Shown piece by piece: positions 30,065 through 39,672 of a DNA stretch of 42,745 bases. Within the stretch, counting starts at the first letter, position 1. Each line of letters begins with the position of its first letter. The position numbers and the translations under genes are program-made. Below the pieces are notes generated by a model. The model was not told the DNA's origin and did not search any database. It worked only from the letters and a program-made list of their open reading frames with translations. This stretch comes from a virus. The stretch spans positions 1 to 42,745 of IMG/VR virus record IMGVR_UViG_3300019849_000002; one strand, given 5' to 3'.

Positions 30065-31068
30065 TGCCTCTTAACCTGCCTCCTAATCCAAATAGATTTA
30101 GGTCAATGCAACAATGGGCTCAAAACCTTTATGAGTTCTTATCTACCCAAACAGAGGCTAGCACTCAACGGCAACCACAACCTGTGTTGTTAGCTCATAA
30201 GTTACCAACAGGAGAGTTAGAACGTGCTTCTGTAGATGGGCTATTGATGTATGAGCCGGGGATTGGTGTAGTAGTATCTGAGAATGGAGCTTGGAGACCT
30301 ATGACAAGTGATTTTGGGCTTTTTATGGCGGAAAGAGAGATACAGAGATTATATGGAGATAACGTTTCTGTTGTTCGTACAGCAAAGTCTCTAGACAAGT
30401 TTGGCCGTAATGATGATATGGATACAGGAATAGTTAACACTATATGGGAAGGACCTACACAAGACGAGCCTTATATTCTAACTAATACTAACGATATTGA
30501 CAGGGTAGTTTCTACTAATGCTGCCGATACAATAGAAATAACTATTATTGGACACTCAAATAATGGAAGTGGGCTATTGACAGAAGTAATTCAAAATGTT
30601 ACATTAAATGGAACAACACCTGTAATTTTAGCAACACCTCTATTCCGCTGTCAACGTCTATATACGACAAATGGCGGGTCACCGTTGGTAGGTGAAATTA
30701 CAGTAGAGGACTCCAGTGGAAATGTATATAATATAATAGCTGCTGGAGAGCAACAGTCTTATAAATGCGCTTTTTCTACTGCTGACGGAGAATATCTTAT
30801 TATAACTCAAACTGAGTCAGGGGTTACTAGAACTCAAGATGGACAGGTAGACTTTAGTTTTGAGTCTAGGCTGGTAGGAGAAACATTTAAACCGATTAAG
30901 GGTAGAACATTTCGTAGAACAACAGGTGTGACTGACGATACAACGCCTTTGTTTCCGTGTCTAATCATTAGACCTAACTCTGATGTTCGAGCAATTGGAG
31001 TTTCTAATGCTAACAACATGGGAGCAACAGCAGAAATCTTTGGTTATTACGCGCAAGTAATAACGTAG
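30064..31068 (+). CDS. Virion structural protein (334 aa)
   Basis: Track ORF with a TAATG overlap. Its N-terminus MPLNLPPNPN echoes that of the preceding protein. Confidence 0.7.
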   Translation: MPLNLPPNPNRFRSMQQWAQNLYEFLSTQTEASTQRQPQPVLLAHKLPTGELERASVDGLLMYEPGIGVVVSENGAWRPMTSDFGLFMAEREIQRLYGDNVSVVRTAKSLDKFGRNDDMDTGIVNTIWEGPTQDEPYILTNTNDIDRVVSTNAADTIEITIIGHSNNGSGLLTEVIQNVTLNGTTPVILATPLFRCQRLYTTNGGSPLVGEITVEDSSGNVYNIIAAGEQQSYKCAFSTADGEYLIITQTESGVTRTQDGQVDFSFESRLVGETFKPIKGRTFRRTTGVTDDTTPLFPCLIIRPNSDVRAIGVSNANNMGATAEIFGYYAQVIT

Positions 31069-31084
31069 TCCCCAAGACTAGGGA
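31069..31084. repeat. PAL16 copy
   Basis: tcccc-aagact-aggga; starts right after stop TAG 31066..31068, with arm TAGGGAGA 7 nt upstream of ATG 31092. Confidence 0.9.
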
Positions 31085-31091
31085 GAGCAAA

Positions 31092-31502
31092 ATGAATCAA
31101 CATTTTAAAGGAGGAAATCTTGCAGGAGAGACTATCAATCTCATGCAAGATTTGTTGCGTTGGCAGCCTGAGATAGAAAAAGCCTTACGCAATCTTAATC
31201 ACATGTACTCCTTTAATGACGTTGTGATGATGATCGTACAAGGTCATAAACAGTTTTACTCTTATGATGATTGTTTTGTAATTATGGAGCTATCTGAATT
31301 TCCGGGCTACAAAACTTATCATTGCTTTTTAGGGGGTGGAAAGCTGTCTTCTATAACTTCTGTCGCAGAGCCGCAGATGATGGAAATTGGTGAAACATTA
31401 GGCTGCAAATATATCTCTTTTTCTGGTCGCCCAGCTTTTGAAAGAGCTTTGAAAGGTCAGGGATGGGAATCTAAGCTGCTGATAATGTATAAGGAAATAT
31501 AA
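31092..31502 (+). CDS. Hypothetical protein (136 aa)
   Basis: Track ORF. A faint acetyltransferase-like look (..GCKYISFSGRPAFERALKGQGW) is not relied on. Confidence 0.7.
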   Translation: MNQHFKGGNLAGETINLMQDLLRWQPEIEKALRNLNHMYSFNDVVMMIVQGHKQFYSYDDCFVIMELSEFPGYKTYHCFLGGGKLSSITSVAEPQMMEIGETLGCKYISFSGRPAFERALKGQGWESKLLIMYKEI

Positions 31503-31503
31503 A

Positions 31504-32049
31504 ATGGGCGGTGGCGGTAAAGGCGGAAGCCGTAATACTACTAGCGAGACTAGAGTTAGACTAGATCCTAGAATGGAAGAAGGCGCAGCACAAGGTATTG
31601 CTGCCGCTTTGCGCTCTGCTTCTTTGCCGTACACTCCAAACAGAGGGATTCAAATAGCTGGGTTTGCTCCTCAAGAGCTTGCAGCAATGGAGAGTGCAGA
31701 CGATGCCGCTAGTGCGTTCGGTTTTGGTGCTGGTGGGACTGACTACTTACCACCTACTTTAATGTCTGATAGTGGATTTACAGGATATAGTCCAGCATTA
31801 CTGTATGATGAAATGCTGGAGCAATCTGTTTTAGATGAAGATTTAGCTGCAAGAAATGATCTTCTGTTAAGTTACGCTCAAGCAGCAGACAGAGTTAGTC
31901 CTAGAAGCGGGTTTAGTAGTAGAGTAGCTAGTGCTATAGGAACTCCTACTCCTGCTTCTACAACTCCTGCAATTGTCAGAGCGGCAACCACTGCTCCTAG
32001 ACCAAGGACTGCAGAGTATGGTGGTGTTAGAAACGGAGGAGACAGATGA
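31504..32049 (+). CDS. Internal virion/ejection-type protein (181 aa, Gly/Ala/Ser-rich)
   Basis: Track ORF with SD AAGGAAA and low-complexity composition. Confidence 0.65.
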   Translation: MGGGGKGGSRNTTSETRVRLDPRMEEGAAQGIAAALRSASLPYTPNRGIQIAGFAPQELAAMESADDAASAFGFGAGGTDYLPPTLMSDSGFTGYSPALLYDEMLEQSVLDEDLAARNDLLLSYAQAADRVSPRSGFSSRVASAIGTPTPASTTPAIVRAATTAPRPRTAEYGGVRNGGDR

Positions 32050-32738
32050 ATACTGGTGGCTCCCCAATGATAGGGAATAACGTTTTCGATACATCTTCTA
32101 ACGCTTATACGTCAGGTGTTAGAGGTATGGGTTTTGCTATGAACCCAATGGCTGTTCCAGCTACCATGAATCAATTTCTGAGTCCTTATCTAACTCAGGT
32201 GGTAGACGACACTGTAGGGCGATTGAGAGATAGGCGCGATCTTGATCTTAATATGGTCAGAGGTCAAGCTGCTCAGTCAGGAGCATTTGGCGGTGCCAGA
32301 CAAGGATTAGTAGAAGCTAACCTAATAGAAGATTATGGTCGTCAAGAAGATGAGACGGTAGCTAGGTTACTACAATCAGGATTTGACAGTTCTGCTGGCT
32401 TAGCTCTAGATCGTATTGGACAAGTAGCTGGTATTGGTAGCTCTATGGTAGGTGCCGCTCCTGTAGGATTTGATCTAGGAGAAAGGGCACTAAATAGACA
32501 AGCTCAGGCTGGGGCACAACAAAGAGGCATGGCGCAACAATTGTTAGACTTAGCGTCAAGACAATTTGGTGGGTTTGCTAATTATCCGCAATCTTCACTC
32601 AATACCGCCCTATCTGGCATCATGGGTAATCCTTTGGCTGCTGCCGGAACTACTACAGGCTCTCAAGGGGTTACACGTCAGCCCGGACTGTTTGATTACT
32701 TGTCCCTAGCGTCAGGGACTTTCACTGCAGGTAAATGA
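32046..32738 (+). CDS. Internal virion/ejection-type protein (230 aa, Gly/Ala/Gln-rich)
   Basis: Track ORF with an ATGA overlap. Confidence 0.65.
   Translation: MNTGGSPMIGNNVFDTSSNAYTSGVRGMGFAMNPMAVPATMNQFLSPYLTQVVDDTVGRLRDRRDLDLNMVRGQAAQSGAFGGARQGLVEANLIEDYGRQEDETVARLLQSGFDSSAGLALDRIGQVAGIGSSMVGAAPVGFDLGERALNRQAQAGAQQRGMAQQLLDLASRQFGGFANYPQSSLNTALSGIMGNPLAAAGTTTGSQGVTRQPGLFDYLSLASGTFTAGK
32061..32076. repeat. PAL16 copy
   Basis: tcccc-aatgat-aggga; codons 6-10 of 32046..32738. Confidence 0.9.
32703..32718. repeat. PAL16 copy
   Basis: tccct-agcgtc-aggga; 3' end of 32046..32738 (SLASGT), 21 nt upstream of ATG 32740. Confidence 0.9.
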
Positions 32739-32739
32739 T

Positions 32740-35103
32740 ATGAATGACCCTAAGCTGCCTCATCTGCAAGAGCCTGCGCCTTCTGACCCTATGTCTTTCA
32801 AGCTATTTAGCAGAGACGTAGGCAAAGCTAGTAGTCTCAGAGATTTTGCTACCGGACTGCAACAAGATATCAGAGATATGGGAGATGCTCTGTCTTTTGG
32901 TGTTAGAGAAACTGGCGCTGCTGAAAGAGTGTGGATACATGGTATGACGGGCTTAATGCCTGATGCTGTAGAAAACTATGATGCCGTATTGAACGAATAT
33001 CAACGTCATTATGAGTATCGCAACTTTGAAAATCAAACTACTGCTGCTCAAGACGCATTTAATCGTTTGCAGTATATGCATGGCAGTCCTCTAACTGTAA
33101 ACTCTGCGTATCGTGATCCTGAACATAATGCCAGAGTAGGCGGTGCTCCTAACTCTATGCACACTCATGGAAAAGCGTTTGACATTGACGTTTCTGGTAT
33201 GGACCAGCAGCAAAGAGAAAATCTATTGCGTCAAGCTATGTCTGCTGGGTTTACAGGTATTGGTGTTTATGATAATGCCATGCACTTTGATGTAGGTCCA
33301 GAACGTTCGTGGGGACCATCTCATGGTAACGAAACATTGCCTGATTACGCTCGTGCTGTTATCAACGAGGGAGTCCCTACTAGTGGGGACATGGATTTTA
33401 ACAACCCAATTATGTCTTTTGCTATGGCTGAGAAGCCTGCAGAGGAGCCTGCAGAGGAGCCTAGCCAGTTTGCTCAAAACGTAGATGGTTTTCTGGATAG
33501 TATTTACGGTACTGATCCTTCTGATATGACATCAGAAGATAGAGAAGATCGTCGCAGAGCAGTGGGGGAAGCGGTAACGGAAGGCTTGCAAGCTATGACT
33601 GTAGATGGTGGTACTGCCGACTATGCGGGCATAGCTGCTGCTCGTCAATCTCGTGGTCAAGCTAGACAAGAGCAACGTGTTGCTGGACTACAAACACAAA
33701 ACTTGGCAGATATGATGACTACTGCTGGTTTAGGTCAATATGCAGGTCTAGCAGAAATCGCTCCTAGCCAAGCAGCGCAACTACTGAAAGAAACAATTGC
33801 TAGTCGCTCAGGAGAAAGTTTTGCTCCTAGTGCTGCTGATATTTCTATGGCGGCAGAGGCTGCTGTTGCTGCTGGCAACCCTATGCTTGGAGAACGTCTT
33901 ACTTCTGCATATAGATCAGGAAATATACAGCTTACAGAACAGCTTTTTGACGAAACATTAGGATTAAGTCCACAAGGGACTGAGGAACAGTTTTCTATAA
34001 GTCAAGAGGGTGTAGACTTAGCAGTACAAGCTGCTAATGACGCAGGCAACCCTATGCTAGGTCAGCGCATAAGTAGCGCTTACGAGAACAACAATACTCC
34101 TCTATTAGAACAGCTTCTAGATGAAAGTTATAGCCTAGAGCCTCAAATAGATGAGGAAGATCCTTTTAATAGAAATACGTTTGACCAACTTATGTCTGTT
34201 CTTGACACTAGAAGTGATCTATCACCTAACGTCAGACGTAGAGCAGAGGCTATTGCTAATCTAGCTGCGTCAGAAGAAGAAGCTACAGTCAGAGACGATT
34301 ACATTTCTCAGTTCAATGATATTATGGGTGCTCAGTCTCCAATGGCTACAGCTTTGGCTGCTGATCTAGATAATTTGTTGACTGGACCTAGATCAGAAGT
34401 TTTTGCCAACGCTCAGGCTCTGGGACAAACTGGTACTCAAGCTATGGGTATTGCCGCTAATACTGAGTTTAATCCTAACAGACTCAAGGGACAATTTATT
34501 GATCCTATCGCACGGATCATGAGAGGCCTACCCGGAGGACAACAGTTTGCAGAACAATTCTTAGATTTTAGCAGTACTGATGCTTTTGGTAACTCTTTGT
34601 TGACAGCTTTGCGTAACGGCAGCATTGCGCAACTTTCCGCTGGAATTGCGGGCCAACTTTCTAATCTTGAAGGTGACAGAATCTTGTCACGTATTGCGGA
34701 TGGTACTGCTGAGCGCGGTGAGATTATGGCCCTTGGACAAGCTCTTATGGTAGGTGCTCAAAGAGACATGGCTGAACGTAATGCTCTACTGAACTACCAA
34801 CAAAGGATTTATACTGGTGAAGAACAAGCATCTACAGATAGAAGAGATCAGCTTGTTACAGATGCACGCAATTCTGTAGCTGACTTTGATATTGTTAATA
34901 ACGTTAAAGAATTGTTTGCTCTTCAAGATCAGTACTTAGGAGAAGAAGATCCAGATAACTTTGCTGCAATACCTCCAGAGATTAGAGGTCGTGTTGTTAA
35001 AATGGTAACTTCATCAGGAGGCTTCCGTTATGTGCCTCTGTTTGGTGACGTATTCTTTGATGCTAACGGAGAGTATAAGGACATTTTTTCAAATGAGCTT
35101 TAG
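32740..35103 (+). CDS. Internal virion protein with peptidase M15 (Zn D-Ala-D-Ala carboxypeptidase-like) cell-wall hydrolase domain
   Basis: 787 aa. LTVNSAYRDPEHNARVGGAPNSMHTHGKAFDIDV...GIGVYDNAMHFDV matches the SxHxxGxAxD ... H Peptidase_M15_3 pattern. Confidence 0.8.
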   Translation: MNDPKLPHLQEPAPSDPMSFKLFSRDVGKASSLRDFATGLQQDIRDMGDALSFGVRETGAAERVWIHGMTGLMPDAVENYDAVLNEYQRHYEYRNFENQTTAAQDAFNRLQYMHGSPLTVNSAYRDPEHNARVGGAPNSMHTHGKAFDIDVSGMDQQQRENLLRQAMSAGFTGIGVYDNAMHFDVGPERSWGPSHGNETLPDYARAVINEGVPTSGDMDFNNPIMSFAMAEKPAEEPAEEPSQFAQNVDGFLDSIYGTDPSDMTSEDREDRRRAVGEAVTEGLQAMTVDGGTADYAGIAAARQSRGQARQEQRVAGLQTQNLADMMTTAGLGQYAGLAEIAPSQAAQLLKETIASRSGESFAPSAADISMAAEAAVAAGNPMLGERLTSAYRSGNIQLTEQLFDETLGLSPQGTEEQFSISQEGVDLAVQAANDAGNPMLGQRISSAYENNNTPLLEQLLDESYSLEPQIDEEDPFNRNTFDQLMSVLDTRSDLSPNVRRRAEAIANLAASEEEATVRDDYISQFNDIMGAQSPMATALAADLDNLLTGPRSEVFANAQALGQTGTQAMGIAANTEFNPNRLKGQFIDPIARIMRGLPGGQQFAEQFLDFSSTDAFGNSLLTALRNGSIAQLSAGIAGQLSNLEGDRILSRIADGTAERGEIMALGQALMVGAQRDMAERNALLNYQQRIYTGEEQASTDRRDQLVTDARNSVADFDIVNNVKELFALQDQYLGEEDPDNFAAIPPEIRGRVVKMVTSSGGFRYVPLFGDVFFDANGEYKDIFSNEL
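33374..33389. repeat. PAL16 copy
   Basis: tccct-actagt-gggga; inside the 787-aa CDS (VPTSGD). Confidence 0.9.
33850..34191 (+). repeat. In-frame tandem duplication, 2 x 171 bp (57 aa)
   Basis: A..AGNPMLG.R..SAY...N..L.EQL.DE...L.PQ occurs twice, and ggcaaccctatgct occurs at 33874 and 34045. Confidence 0.8.
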
Positions 35104-37156
35104 AGAAGAAGCAGCAGCAAGACGCCAACGTATCATAGAAAGCTCTATGGATGTTACTGGTCCTGTAATAGACGCAGCCACTCAAGATCAAGCTCCTGCA
35201 CAAGTCCCTGAGAGTAGGGAGATGGGGATTGCTGATTTCTTACTGCAAGGAGGTTATGAAGCACTTAAAACGTTGCCTCCCTTTGACCTGATAGATACTC
35301 TAGGTGACATGGCTCAAATGGGAGGTAGCAGCACTGAGGCAGGATTGTCTACAATGGCTGATTGGGCCAGTTACGGTACTGCTGATAGTATGGCTGCTCT
35401 AGATGCCTCAGTAGAAGCTCTTCTAACTGGTGCTGATCCTGTAGAAGCTTACACCACTACCCAAGAAGCAGTCAATCAAAATCTTCAAGAGAATAGAGAA
35501 GAGTTTAAAACAGCTACAACTATTGGGGACATTGCCGGAGCTATTGCAGGTGGCGGACCCGGAATTAAAGCTATAACAAAAGTGCCTACTATGATAGGCC
35601 GTCTATTTGTAGGCTCCCTAGGAGCAGGGAGTCAAGCTGGCCTATACGCTATCAATAGCGACGGAAGCGCTCAAGAGATTAAGGATGACGTAGGAGCAGC
35701 AATGTTTGGTTCTGCTCTTTTGGGCGGTGCCGGTATGGCCGCTGGTGGCATAGGCCGCGTAATCAACAACAAATTTGGTGTAGGCAATTACGCTTACGAG
35801 GCTGGACAAGAGCTTATTAAGGCTGTTAAGAACAAAGTAGACTTAGGAGTAACTGATGAGGCAATGCGCCTCAGAGAAGCCAAAGAAATACTTAAGAACA
35901 CAAACGACCCAAGAACAGTACTCGTTGATGCTTATCCAGAGCTAAGAGACTACATTCCTAGGGTCATGAACGCTCCAGATAATCCGGGACAGCGACAGTT
36001 TCTTGACTTACTTAAACATAGAAACATGGTAGAAGATGACTTTTCTACCGCCATTACTGATGTAGTCAATATGCCTAGGCTGCGCAGTAAAGAAGAGTTT
36101 TCAGCATTTATTGAGCAAAGACAAGCTGCTATTCGTCCTAAATACGACGATTTGTTTGACGGTCTTGAGCAAAGAAACGTTTCAGCTATGCCTAAGCGCA
36201 TATTAGGAACTGCTAAACGTATTGCTAGCTCTCGTGATGACGCTGATACTAGTTACATGAGAGACGCTATAACTCGCCTCCAAAAAGCTTTAAGTAAAGG
36301 CAGTAGAAAAGACGAGACAGGAAGAAACCTAAATAGAATCTCTGCTAGAGAGCTACACAATATTCGTAGGACGCTAAGCAAAGGTTACACCACTAAAAAA
36401 GGTGCTTACAAAGTCCCTACTCGTGGGGACAAGTTAATGGCAGATATATTATCAGAAACTATAAACAGCATGGACCCAAATTATGGTAAGTTAGCTCGTA
36501 CCTATGCTAACACTTCCAGACAGAAAACTGCTTATGATAGAGGATATAAAATGTTCTCTTCTAAGCAAAAAGCTTCTCCTTCTGAATTTCAAGATTACCT
36601 ATCCGACGCTAGCAGTTACGCAGAAGTTACTGCGTTTACTCACGGAGTACGTCGTAAATTGTTTGAGGATATGTCTGCTTTAGACACACCTAATAAAGTT
36701 AGAAATTACATGCTTAATAACGGTAATCGTATTGAGCAACTTAGAGCAGCGTTTGGTACTCAGCAAGCTGATGCTATTGTACAGAGTGTAATCGACACTG
36801 TAGCAAGAGAAGAGACTAGACAAATAGGTAATAGGGCGGTAATGGCTGCTGTAGATTACCAACCTAATAACAATACTAGGGCAACTATAACTAACGCAGC
36901 GTTAGCTACTTTGCCCGGAGGCAATAGTCCGGCAGCTATTAGAGCTAGGTCTAGACTTATCGGAGAAGATACTATGTCTCCGGCTGCACAAGCTGCTCAG
37001 TCAGATGTTATAGGTAGAGCGCTCACTTCTCCTGTTAGAGACGCACAAGCTATTTTGCAAGAACTAGCTACTATTGGACAAAGAGGACCAACACCGCTTA
37101 CAGGAGTAGGAGCAGTTACTGCCGCTCCAATTGCGTCTACTACTGAGCCTGAGTAG
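35093..37156 (+). CDS. Large internal virion/ejection-type protein (687 aa)
   Basis: Start set at ATG 35093 (MSFREEAAARR), overlapping the upstream stop by 11 nt; track start 35030 is less likely. It is the last gene of the rightward arm. Confidence 0.7.
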   Translation: MSFREEAAARRQRIIESSMDVTGPVIDAATQDQAPAQVPESREMGIADFLLQGGYEALKTLPPFDLIDTLGDMAQMGGSSTEAGLSTMADWASYGTADSMAALDASVEALLTGADPVEAYTTTQEAVNQNLQENREEFKTATTIGDIAGAIAGGGPGIKAITKVPTMIGRLFVGSLGAGSQAGLYAINSDGSAQEIKDDVGAAMFGSALLGGAGMAAGGIGRVINNKFGVGNYAYEAGQELIKAVKNKVDLGVTDEAMRLREAKEILKNTNDPRTVLVDAYPELRDYIPRVMNAPDNPGQRQFLDLLKHRNMVEDDFSTAITDVVNMPRLRSKEEFSAFIEQRQAAIRPKYDDLFDGLEQRNVSAMPKRILGTAKRIASSRDDADTSYMRDAITRLQKALSKGSRKDETGRNLNRISARELHNIRRTLSKGYTTKKGAYKVPTRGDKLMADILSETINSMDPNYGKLARTYANTSRQKTAYDRGYKMFSSKQKASPSEFQDYLSDASSYAEVTAFTHGVRRKLFEDMSALDTPNKVRNYMLNNGNRIEQLRAAFGTQQADAIVQSVIDTVAREETRQIGNRAVMAAVDYQPNNNTRATITNAALATLPGGNSPAAIRARSRLIGEDTMSPAAQAAQSDVIGRALTSPVRDAQAILQELATIGQRGPTPLTGVGAVTAAPIASTTEPE
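35205..35220. repeat. PAL16 copy
   Basis: tccct-gagagt-aggga; coding (VPESRE). Confidence 0.9.
35615..35630. repeat. PAL16 copy
   Basis: tccct-aggagc-aggga; coding (SLGAGS). Confidence 0.9.
36414..36429. repeat. PAL16 copy
   Basis: tccct-actcgt-gggga; coding (VPTRGD). Confidence 0.9.
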
Positions 37157-39158
37157 CTCTAATCTCTAGACTATTGATCTTACCTTCATCAATGTCTAGC
37201 TTAAACAATGTATCGCCATACGCCCACGTGTGGCGATTTTTAAACAACACCGCCACTTGAGCTAATGTTTTAGTTCCTGTATAGCTAAGTCTACGGGCAG
37301 GAGCAAGCTCAATAAAGCCTTTTTCATTAAGCAAAGTGCAAACCTCATTATGACTAAAGCTCCCTACTCCTAGGGACTTAAGAGCTTCACATAATTTAGC
37401 CCACTCAGTAGCTGCTCTTGCCTCATCGCCTTTAGAAGTCATGTCTGCGGAAGAGGCCATTCGCACAACAGGCGCAGATAATCCAAAACCCTGTACTGTT
37501 CTCCCCAAGTCATAGCTTTCAAAGTTAAAGAAGTAATGTATATCCTCGTCCATTGATCTTGCACGTCCAATATACATTTTGACGGGACCTTCTTTTGTCT
37601 TGACAAGCTTGAGGACAACATCAACTTCGGCTTCAATGTTAGTCGATCCTCGAACCTGTCCTTGCTTAGATAGGTGGTGAACAAATAGGATAGTGGCAGT
37701 AACTCCATTAGAACGCAGGAAGTCAACCATTCTGAAAAGCTTTGATGTATCTTCAACGCTGTTCTGGTCTCCGGCTGGCATAGCCTTTGTGATAGTGTCA
37801 ATTACAATCAATCCCAAATCGGTGCCAAATTCTTGTTGACACTTTGCTGCATGTAAAGCGATCTTTGCGCAGTTAGCTTCTTGCTGCCCATCACTAAAGA
37901 AGTCGTGTGGTCTATCGACAACAAACATATAAGAGCGTTCTGGCACGCCCATGTTGTTTTCCCGCCTCCAACGCCGCTCTGCCTGTATGCGTAGTTCAAC
38001 TGCTCTAGCACCTTCCAGAGTGAAATATAAGACTGGGCGTCTTTCGTAAACTTTGAGTGATCCAAAATCCTCTCCATTTGCTATATTCATTGCCAGCTTA
38101 AGAGCTATAGCAGTTTTACCTACTTTTGGTTCTGCTGCGAGTAATATCGTTTCACGCTCTGCGACAAGAGGGTACATGATGTAACGTTGTTGAGTAATGT
38201 CTCGTTCTTCATCATCGAAGTACCCGCTTGATTCAAACGGCCATTCAGTGATATTGCCGTCTCCGCTAATATGTAAGCTATCTTCTGTAGCTTCTCCGTT
38301 ATCCAAACTAGAAGATTCTGGGCGTTTAAACAAGCCAGAGCTAACACTAGTAAGAGCACTATGTATAGTTTCATCAACTGTTTCACGAGCCTTCTCCGTA
38401 TGCTGATAGTGGTTAAACTTAGAATTACTACTCCCTACTAGTCGGGACAACTCTCCAGACGTGTCCTCCATGAGACTTTTCCAACGGGAATGCCTCGGAT
38501 GAGTTTCTCTAGACGCCTTCGACGCTTCAAGAAGATCAAGTAATTCTCTTTGTACACGTTCGATAGGCCAACCTTGCGCCGATCTGCGGGCAGAGATTTG
38601 TGCCAAGGGGTCATGAAACGATGTAGCATCAAGGATTTCAGATTTGAGTTTATCGATAGCGGTCTGGCTTGAACTAGCTCTTGTAGTGAGTAGGGCCTGA
38701 ACCAACTCGGGATGTGCTTGTGATATTCCACTTGTTGCGACACTGTACCCTTTTGAAGGCGGTAATATAATGTATCCACCTTCGCCCTTGACCTCAACTG
38801 AGGGGTGAGGTTTACAATTGGGTTGTGCAGTATCCGACCTATATATGAAGTGTAGGCCACCTGATTGTGTGGTATGAGTTTGTGTTTCATATAGCCATCC
38901 TTTGTCTGATAAGCTTTGCATATAAGCTTCTGCACCGGGCTTATATAAGTCGAAGTCTATCGCAAAAAGTCTACTATCTGCTCCCATGCGAGCACCTATC
39001 ATGCAGTCACCGGCTAGAGCAAACATCTGTTTAACTTGCTCTGGATCAGTAGTCGCGTCTAGATGCCCATTAGTAGTCATGGGTCTTTTGTTGAGGCTAC
39101 AAGGAAATACAGGTATTCCCTTCCTAGCCCACTTTAGAGCTTCCTCTACGATGTTCAT
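37140..39158 (-). CDS. Bifunctional primase-polymerase (prim-pol) / RecA-type helicase
   Basis: 672 aa. The N-terminus has GIPVFPCSLNKRPMTTNGHLDAT..GGYIILPPS (prim-pol). The C-terminus has Walker A AEPKVGKT and Walker B LIVIDT. Its 3' end converges on and overlaps the last rightward gene by 17 nt. Confidence 0.8.
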   Translation of the reverse strand: MNIVEEALKWARKGIPVFPCSLNKRPMTTNGHLDATTDPEQVKQMFALAGDCMIGARMGADSRLFAIDFDLYKPGAEAYMQSLSDKGWLYETQTHTTQSGGLHFIYRSDTAQPNCKPHPSVEVKGEGGYIILPPSKGYSVATSGISQAHPELVQALLTTRASSSQTAIDKLKSEILDATSFHDPLAQISARRSAQGWPIERVQRELLDLLEASKASRETHPRHSRWKSLMEDTSGELSRLVGSSNSKFNHYQHTEKARETVDETIHSALTSVSSGLFKRPESSSLDNGEATEDSLHISGDGNITEWPFESSGYFDDEERDITQQRYIMYPLVAERETILLAAEPKVGKTAIALKLAMNIANGEDFGSLKVYERRPVLYFTLEGARAVELRIQAERRWRRENNMGVPERSYMFVVDRPHDFFSDGQQEANCAKIALHAAKCQQEFGTDLGLIVIDTITKAMPAGDQNSVEDTSKLFRMVDFLRSNGVTATILFVHHLSKQGQVRGSTNIEAEVDVVLKLVKTKEGPVKMYIGRARSMDEDIHYFFNFESYDLGRTVQGFGLSAPVVRMASSADMTSKGDEARAATEWAKLCEALKSLGVGSFSHNEVCTLLNEKGFIELAPARRLSYTGTKTLAQVAVLFKNRHTWAYGDTLFKLDIDEGKINSLEIRATQAQ
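37361..37376. repeat. PAL16 copy
   Basis: tccct-actcct-aggga; inside the primase-helicase CDS. Confidence 0.9.
38432..38447. repeat. PAL16 degenerate copy
   Basis: tccct-actagt-cggga; coding. Confidence 0.5.
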
Positions 39159-39672
39159 TTTTTAATTCCCTGCATATACTCTCAGATTCTCCGAGAGATA
39201 CACCTATTGCTGCGACCTTTATTATGACCTTATTAGCTGGTCCGTATCGCACTTTAGCGTGTAGTTCACCGATTTGCTTGTCGTCGTGATAGACAACACC
39301 GTTAAGAGCATCCGTCACCGCCTTAACATAGTTGTCTAAGTCCCCACCACTAGGGATTATCCATCCGAGACTAGCCAGCACTCTTTTTTCTTTGCTGTAA
39401 GATTTAGGTACTGTCTTATAGACAAAAATAGTTACTCTAACAGTCGCAAGAAATTGCTTTTTTCCTTGCATTTTCTTCTGGGCTGCATAACGTACAGCAG
39501 CTTCATAGTCACGTGTGCGTTCTGGTGTATAAGCATGGCCAGAAGACGTATGCCTTGGCCGACCTTTGGGAATGGCGGTGATATTTAAGGAAGTCTCAAA
39601 AGGTATCTTCTCTCTTATTTTTGCTTCCCATTTTTCTAAAACTTTTTGGATAGATGTATCCGCAGTTTTCAC
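39124..39672 (-). CDS. rusA: RusA-family Holliday junction resolvase
   Basis: ITAIPKGRPRHT..YTPERTRDYE..GGDLDNYVKAVTDALNGVVYHDDKQI matches the RusA signature. The start is uncertain because of a 77-nt overlap with the upstream ORF. Confidence 0.8.
   Translation of the reverse strand: MKTADTSIQKVLEKWEAKIREKIPFETSLNITAIPKGRPRHTSSGHAYTPERTRDYEAAVRYAAQKKMQGKKQFLATVRVTIFVYKTVPKSYSKEKRVLASLGWIIPSGGDLDNYVKAVTDALNGVVYHDDKQIGELHAKVRYGPANKVIIKVAAIGVSLGESESICRELKNEHRRGSSKVG
39341..39356. repeat. PAL16 copy
   Basis: tcccc-accact-aggga; inside rusA. The 16-mer is identical to the copy at 13523. Confidence 0.9.

Noticed and set aside
30577-30605. Near-consensus TTGACA-17-TACATT inside the 334-aa structural gene (similar internal hits at 13598 and 24785)
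   Set aside because: They lie deep inside coding sequence with no downstream start or leader, so they are probably chance matches in AT-moderate DNA.
38438-38935. Alternative-frame same-strand ORFs inside the primase-helicase and polymerase genes (37439..37801, 37808..38077, 38120..38386, 38438..38935, 40427..40642, 40760..41080, 42300..42524)
   Set aside because: They are fully nested in longer ORFs that carry clear enzyme motifs, and nothing supports independent expression.
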